The notes under the pieces are model-generated. The model was not told the DNA's origin, searched no databases, and worked only from the letters and a program-made list of their open reading frames with translations. From the NCBI GenBank assembly GCA_950072105.1, contig CATMOE010000090.1, forward strand, positions 1-10,864: 10,864 nt of DNA, in the 5' to 3' direction. How positions within the stretch are numbered: the stretch's first letter is position 1; every line of letters begins with the position of its first letter. Origin of the DNA: an uncultured Dehalococcoidia bacterium (GTDB taxonomy: Bacteria; Chloroflexota; Dehalococcoidia; Lucifugimonadales; UBA3495). The translations under genes were made by a program, and so were the position numbers. Below are positions 6,826 through 10,864 of this stretch, one piece after another.

Positions 6826-7842
6826 TCAGAAATCCGAAAGTCCGTTGCCCTTGGCCAGGCCCACCGCCAGCTTGATGGATTCCAGCATGCTAACCTCGCT
6901 GGCGATGCCTTTGCCGGCGATATCGAAAGCGGTGCCATGGTCCACCGAAGTGCGGACGAAGGGTAAACCCAGATTAGCGGTGATGCTTTCCTCGAATCCG
7001 TAGACCTTGACCGGTATGTGCCCTTGATCGTGGAACATGCACAGCACCGCATCGTACCGCCCTTGGATGGCCTGATGGAAGATTATGTCAGCCGGCACGG
7101 GGCCGGTGACGTCGATACCCCGCTGGCGGGCCGCCTCAACCGCCGGAGCTATCTCTTCGGCCTCCTCATTGCCCAGCAATCCGCCGTCGCTGCCGTGGGG
7201 ATTAAGGGCGGCCGCGCCGATCCTCGGACTTTTGAACCCCCAGCTTACGAAGTTGTCGTGGGTCAACTGAAGGAATTCTAGGATCCGGTCCTTCTTCACG
7301 TAGTCGCAAGCGATCCGCAACGACCGGTGTGTGGAGAGGTGCACCACCCGCAGATTTTTGGCCAGCAGCATGGTGGCTACCGTCTTTGCGCCGGATAACT
7401 CCTGCAGAAGCTCCATGTGGCCGATGGACTGATACCCGGCCAGGCTGGCTGCTTCCTTGTTCAGCGGCGCCGTCGCCAGACCGGCCACCACGCCGGCCAA
7501 CGCCAGTTCCCCGGCCCGGGTCACCCACTCCATGGCCGCCTTGCCACAGGTTGGGCTGATCTCACCCACGGTGATGTCTTCAGGGTTGAGGTTCTTTATA
7601 TCCAGGACGTCGATCACCTGAGGGTCATCTCCCGCCGTCGCCGGGTCGTCGGGTTCGTTTATGCGTAGTGATGTCCCCGTCAACTCCACCGCCTTTTGCA
7701 TGGCATAAACGTTGCCCACCACCAAGGGCCTGCAGGAGGCATAAACCCAAGCCTGGGATAGGGCTTTGACCACTACTTCCGGACCGATACCGCAGGGGTC
7801 TCCCATGGTTATGGCGATGGCGGGTTTTTCAATGACAGCCAT
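6826..7842 (-). CDS. pdxA: 4-hydroxythreonine-4-phosphate dehydrogenase family protein (PdxA / PdxA2-like)
   Basis: ITMGDPCGIGPE, TAPLNK, GHMELL, STH, NPH, FHDQGHIPVK and RTSVDHGTAFDIAGKG motifs. SD AGGAG at 7851-7855. Confidence 0.94.
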   Translation of the reverse strand: MAVIEKPAIAITMGDPCGIGPEVVVKALSQAWVYASCRPLVVGNVYAMQKAVELTGTSLRINEPDDPATAGDDPQVIDVLDIKNLNPEDITVGEISPTCGKAAMEWVTRAGELALAGVVAGLATAPLNKEAASLAGYQSIGHMELLQELSGAKTVATMLLAKNLRVVHLSTHRSLRIACDYVKKDRILEFLQLTHDNFVSWGFKSPRIGAAALNPHGSDGGLLGNEEAEEIAPAVEAARQRGIDVTGPVPADIIFHQAIQGRYDAVLCMFHDQGHIPVKVYGFEESITANLGLPFVRTSVDHGTAFDIAGKGIASEVSMLESIKLAVGLAKGNGLSDF

Positions 7843-7928
7843 ATTTACGTCTCCTGAATGCTGGACATTTGCGACGGTAATCTGTTTGAATGGAGTTACC
7901 GGTTTGGACCAACCTGGGCGCTGCCGAG

Positions 7929-7957
7929 ATTATAGCACCTGATAGGAGCAAATCAGG
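7929..7957 (-). promoter_or_regulatory. Extended -10 promoter for pdxA with an overlapping CCTGAT-N8-ATCAGG inverted repeat
   Basis: GGTGCTATAAT at 7939-7929. CCTGAT (7938-7943) / ATCAGG (7952-7957) spans the spacer and the -35 position. Confidence 0.55.
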
Positions 7958-8043
7958 CGGCCCGAAACGCGGTCCAAGGCGCAAATTCCGGAAAACTGAT
8001 AAGTCGATTACAGCCGGTCTGGTAACAGAAGAATCTTGACCGG

Positions 8044-8077
8044 AAAAGAGAAGCCCCCGGGGCCAACCGGGGGCTTC
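8044..8077 (-). terminator. Intrinsic terminator
   Basis: GAAGCCCCCGG-TTGGCC-CCGGGGGCTTC: perfect 11-bp stem with a 6-nt loop, followed by TCTTTT on the minus strand. Confidence 0.85.
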
Positions 8078-8222
8078 AGGGAGGAGGGCAGGCAGGTGCA
8101 TTGCACTGTCACCTACGAGGCTTAGCCACCTGTACCGTTGGGCGACCCCAACACTCCACCACCCGCACCTGCCTGTTGCCCCCAAAAATACTGATCAGGC
8201 GCCCGGCCCCCGGCCGGTTGGC
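8044..8222 (-). ncRNA. Candidate structured non-coding RNA of unassigned family, downstream of nrdJ
   Basis: Perfect 11-bp helix CAGGCAGGTGC/GCACCTGCCTG (8175-8165 with 8099-8089), extended by GGGGG/CCCTC including a G-U pair. It encloses the hairpins GTTGGG-GTCG-CCCAAC and TAC..GGC-TAA-GCC..GTA, and is followed by CCTCCTCCC and the terminator. 5' end uncertain (8183 or about 8222). Confidence 0.55.
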
Positions 8223-8266
8223 AAGTTTCTCCAGTCTCCAACGATTTCCGAGACCTAGCTTCATCT

Positions 8267-10702
8267 TTACTCGCACTTGTTCCATCCGCAGGAAACGCAC
8301 ATCAAGCACCCTTCCTGGTAGATGACCGGCGTGTTACATTCGGGGCATTTTCGGGCCTGGAAATAGCCGCTACCTTTAGACCCATTCCCATTGCCATTCC
8401 CGTTTCCGCCTTCCGCTAGAAGCTTTACCTGTACGCCGTTCTCGCCGGATTGTATCGGCAAGGCCGCGGCCTCTGACGTGTGTCGCTCCATGGCAAGAGC
8501 GACGGCGTCAGGACCCGAACGCACCAAGGTCCCATCATCCCAAGCCGGGCAGCAAGTGATTCCCCTAAGTTGCTCTATCACGATCTTAGGATCCAATCCA
8601 GAGCGAAGGGCTAGGGATACCAACCGGGAAATAGCCTCGAGTTGGGCCGAATCGCAGCCTCCGGCTTTACCCAGATTACCGAACACTTCGAAGGGGGTCC
8701 CTTCTTCGTCGAAGTTTATGGTCACGTACATGTTGCCGTGACCGGTGCGCACTCTCTCGGTGACGCCGCGGATGGACTGGGGCCGCCGCCGCGGTGTTTG
8801 GTAACCGGATTGGCCCGTTCCCAGCAACTCTGCCAGCGCGGCGCCAGAGTCCGATTCATCTTGCTTGCCGGTCGCGCCCGTGCTTAGGACCTGCCCGGAT
8901 TTACTACCGTCCCGGTACACCGTGATCCCCTTGCATCCCAGGTCGTAGGCCATGGTATAAGCGTTAGCCACGTCATCCGTCGTGGCATTATGAGGGAAGT
9001 TGATCGTCTTGGAAACCGAGTTATCGGTATATTTCTGGAAAGCGGCCTGCATCCGCACGTGCCATTCCGGGCTGATGTCGTGGGAGGTGCGGAAAACTCC
9101 TTTTACCCAATCAGGCACATCCAGGGTTTCTAGGCTACCCGTCTCCGCCAACTGTTCCATCAATGCTTCGGAGTAGAACCCTTCCCGCCGGGCCACTGCC
9201 TCGAAGTAGGGATTGACTTCCACCAGACGGGTGTTGTCCATCACGTTTCGGACGTAGCTGAGGGCAAACAGCGGCTCAATGCCACTGGAGGTACCGGCAA
9301 TGATGCTGATCGTGCCCGTGGGGGCAATGGTGGTGGGAGCCGAATTGCGCATGGGCCGCGGCTCCCCGAAGGGACCTGGAGTACTATAGGTACTGCCCGC
9401 CCACGCCGGGAAGGTGCCTCTTATATGGGAAAGCTCGCTGGATGCTGAAGCGGTCTCGTGATTAACACGAGCCATCACTTGTTCCGCCAGCTCCAAGCCT
9501 TCTTCGGAATCGTATTGGATGCCCATCTCGATGAGCAGGTCGGAGAACCCCATCACTCCCAGCCCGATCCGGCGGGTCGTCTTGCTCATCTCCTCGATTT
9601 CTTTGATGGGGTAGTTGTTCATGTCGATTACGTTGTCCAAGAGATGGACGGTGGTCCGCACCACACTTGCCAGCCGGTCCCAATCCATCGTCACGTCACC
9701 GTCCTGGTACCGGACCATGCGGGCCAGGTTAACCGAAGCCAGGTTGCAGGACTCAAACGGCAACAAGGGTTGCTCGCCGCAAGGATTGGTGCTCTCGATC
9801 GTTCCCAACTGAGGATTGGGGTTGTAGTGGTTGATCAGGTCCAGGAAAATCAAACCGGGATCTCCGGTCTTCCAGGCCATCTCCACCGCCAATTCAAATA
9901 TCTCGCGGGCGTTCTCCTGGCGGACCACCACTCCGGTACGGGGGTTAACCAGGTCGTAATCCTCACCCGACTTCACCCGTTCCATGAAGTCCCCGGTTAT
10001 GCCGATGGAGATGTTGAAGTTATTCAGGTTTTGGCCGTCTTCTTTGGACTGGATAAAAGTCCTTATATCCGGATGGTCTACGTTGAGAATGCCCATGTTG
10101 GCGCCCCGGCGCGTGCCGCCCTGCTTAACCACGTCGGTGGCGGTGTCAAAGGCCCGGATAAAGCTAACCGGACCGCTGGCGATTCCCCCAGTTGAGCCAA
10201 CCACGTCGCCCGCCGGACGCAAGCGCGTAAAGGAGAAACCCGTCCCCCCGCCGCTCTTATGAATCAGGGCCGTCTGCTTGACCTTGTCGAAGATCGAGTC
10301 CAGAGCGTCGTCGATCGGCAATACGAAGCAAGCGGAAAGCTGCTGCAGCTCCCGGCCGGCGTTCATCAATGTGGGAGAGTTAGGAAGACATTCCAGGCGC
10401 CACATCATTTCGTAGAATTCGTCTTCGGTGGCTTGCCGTTGCTCTTCGGTGGCTCCGTAGTTCAAGTCGGCCTGGGAAAGATTTTGAGCTACCCGGCGGA
10501 ACATGCCGTTGGGGTCTTCCAGGATGTTGCCTTCCCGGTCTTTAGAAAGGTAGCGGCGGTCCAAGACCACCTTGGCGTTTTCAGTCAGTTCTTGAGTCCG
10601 CTCGTTTATCAGCCGGGAAATGCCCGCCTCTGACAGTGCCAGGGCGATCGCCCGCCGCCGGTCATGAATCGATATATCAGAACTCTCGCGAGTGGTTGTC
10701 AT
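8267..10702 (-). CDS. nrdJ: Adenosylcobalamin-dependent (class II) ribonucleotide reductase with C-terminal TSCPD-like domain and zinc ribbon
   Basis: PNSPTLMNAG, QLSACFV, QGGTRRGANM, TNPCGEQ (thiyl Cys), SCNLASVNL, TTIAPTGT, SKTIN and CKGITVYRDGS motifs. C-terminal CPEC..CLMCVSCGWNKC. No ATP cone and no obvious intein. SD AGGAGG at 10711-10716. Confidence 0.97.
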   Translation of the reverse strand: MTTTRESSDISIHDRRRAIALALSEAGISRLINERTQELTENAKVVLDRRYLSKDREGNILEDPNGMFRRVAQNLSQADLNYGATEEQRQATEDEFYEMMWRLECLPNSPTLMNAGRELQQLSACFVLPIDDALDSIFDKVKQTALIHKSGGGTGFSFTRLRPAGDVVGSTGGIASGPVSFIRAFDTATDVVKQGGTRRGANMGILNVDHPDIRTFIQSKEDGQNLNNFNISIGITGDFMERVKSGEDYDLVNPRTGVVVRQENAREIFELAVEMAWKTGDPGLIFLDLINHYNPNPQLGTIESTNPCGEQPLLPFESCNLASVNLARMVRYQDGDVTMDWDRLASVVRTTVHLLDNVIDMNNYPIKEIEEMSKTTRRIGLGVMGFSDLLIEMGIQYDSEEGLELAEQVMARVNHETASASSELSHIRGTFPAWAGSTYSTPGPFGEPRPMRNSAPTTIAPTGTISIIAGTSSGIEPLFALSYVRNVMDNTRLVEVNPYFEAVARREGFYSEALMEQLAETGSLETLDVPDWVKGVFRTSHDISPEWHVRMQAAFQKYTDNSVSKTINFPHNATTDDVANAYTMAYDLGCKGITVYRDGSKSGQVLSTGATGKQDESDSGAALAELLGTGQSGYQTPRRRPQSIRGVTERVRTGHGNMYVTINFDEEGTPFEVFGNLGKAGGCDSAQLEAISRLVSLALRSGLDPKIVIEQLRGITCCPAWDDGTLVRSGPDAVALAMERHTSEAAALPIQSGENGVQVKLLAEGGNGNGNGNGSKGSGYFQARKCPECNTPVIYQEGCLMCVSCGWNKCE

Positions 10703-10710
10703 TGCCGGGT

Positions 10711-10796
10711 CCTCCTAAAGGGTCACAGGGTGTAACAACGGTGCGGGAACATGCGGCGTAACCCATCCCGCCATACCTCCCAACCTGTAACACCTT
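10711..10796 (-). promoter_or_regulatory. Structured 5' leader of nrdJ ending at the Shine-Dalgarno sequence
   Basis: AAGG(T)GTTACAGG (10796-10784) pairs with CCTGTGACCCTT (10729-10718), including a U-G pair. Inner stem GGT..GCGGGA/TCCCGC-ACC. AGGAGG follows almost immediately. Confidence 0.45.
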
Positions 10797-10864
10797 AACC
10801 GCTCGATGTTGTCATTTCCTTGCCCTACTGTCAGTGAAGGCCCCGCCGCTTGATCCACCGATGA

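Noticed and set aside
8084..8183. tRNA, SRP RNA, tmRNA or self-cleaving ribozyme identity for the structured element
   Set aside because: No T-loop TTCRA or CCA end, no SRP domain IV motif, and no hammerhead, twister or pistol core recognisable by eye.
7829..8325. Short ORFs across the nrdJ-pdxA intergenic region (7829-8185 -, 8109-8309 -, 8101-8325 +) and a 9-codon GTG ORF after plus-strand AGGAGG at 8082
   Set aside because: No protein-like features. The longest crosses a strong terminator and the pdxA promoter. RNA structure explains the region better.
28..10633. Plus-strand and alternative-frame ORFs in the track (e.g. 5244-5945, 9458-10195, 2191-2892, 1914-2369, 6666-7052)
   Set aside because: They overlap well-supported minus-strand genes, have no recognisable motifs and show the Arg/Pro/Gly-rich composition of shadow frames in GC-rich DNA.
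8267..10702. Intein or intron in nrdJ
   Set aside because: The core motifs are normally spaced, the length is ordinary and no intein N- or C-terminal signature interrupts them.
10703..10864. Cobalamin riboswitch or NrdR boxes upstream of nrdJ
   Set aside because: Only a vague CCCGCACCGT similarity. The GGGAA..GGTG..AA.CC core and B12 box are absent, and there is no ACAC.ATAT.T.GTG-like dyad. Such sites could lie beyond the window.
10812..10864. 3' end of an upstream gene (e.g. nrdR)
   Set aside because: Too little sequence. All three minus-strand frames are open from the window edge for at least a short distance and none shows a recognisable motif.
1..10864. CRISPR array, prophage, IS element or defence system
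   Set aside because: No regularly spaced direct repeats and no integrase, transposase or nuclease genes. The gene content is housekeeping and metabolic.

Overview
GC-rich bacterial chromosomal window in which every credible gene lies on the minus strand. In transcription order (right to left): class II (B12-dependent) ribonucleotide reductase nrdJ, pdxA-family dehydrogenase, proC, yggT, DegV/FakB-family protein, AAA_33-type P-loop kinase, GlpT/UhpT-like MFS transporter, Fur-family (Nur-like) regulator, His-rich UreH/NiCoT-type metal transporter, and a DUF1932-type NAD(P)-dependent oxidoreductase that runs off the left edge and is missing from the ORF track. Gene style suggests Chloroflexota (Dehalococcoidia/SAR202-like), which is an inference only. 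I see no transposase, integrase, CRISPR, tRNA or rRNA. The most unusual signals are non-coding. (1) A 140-180 nt structured RNA candidate sits between nrdJ and pdxA, with a long closing helix, a three-way junction, a CCUCCUCCC anti-SD motif, a strong terminator and a competing antiterminator/anti-antiterminator pairing. (2) A long hairpin lies directly upstream of the nrdJ RBS. (3) Operator-like palindromes precede the fur-like gene, the MFS gene and pdxA. (4) Several distinct REP/BoxC-like palindromic repeats occur in intergenic regions.
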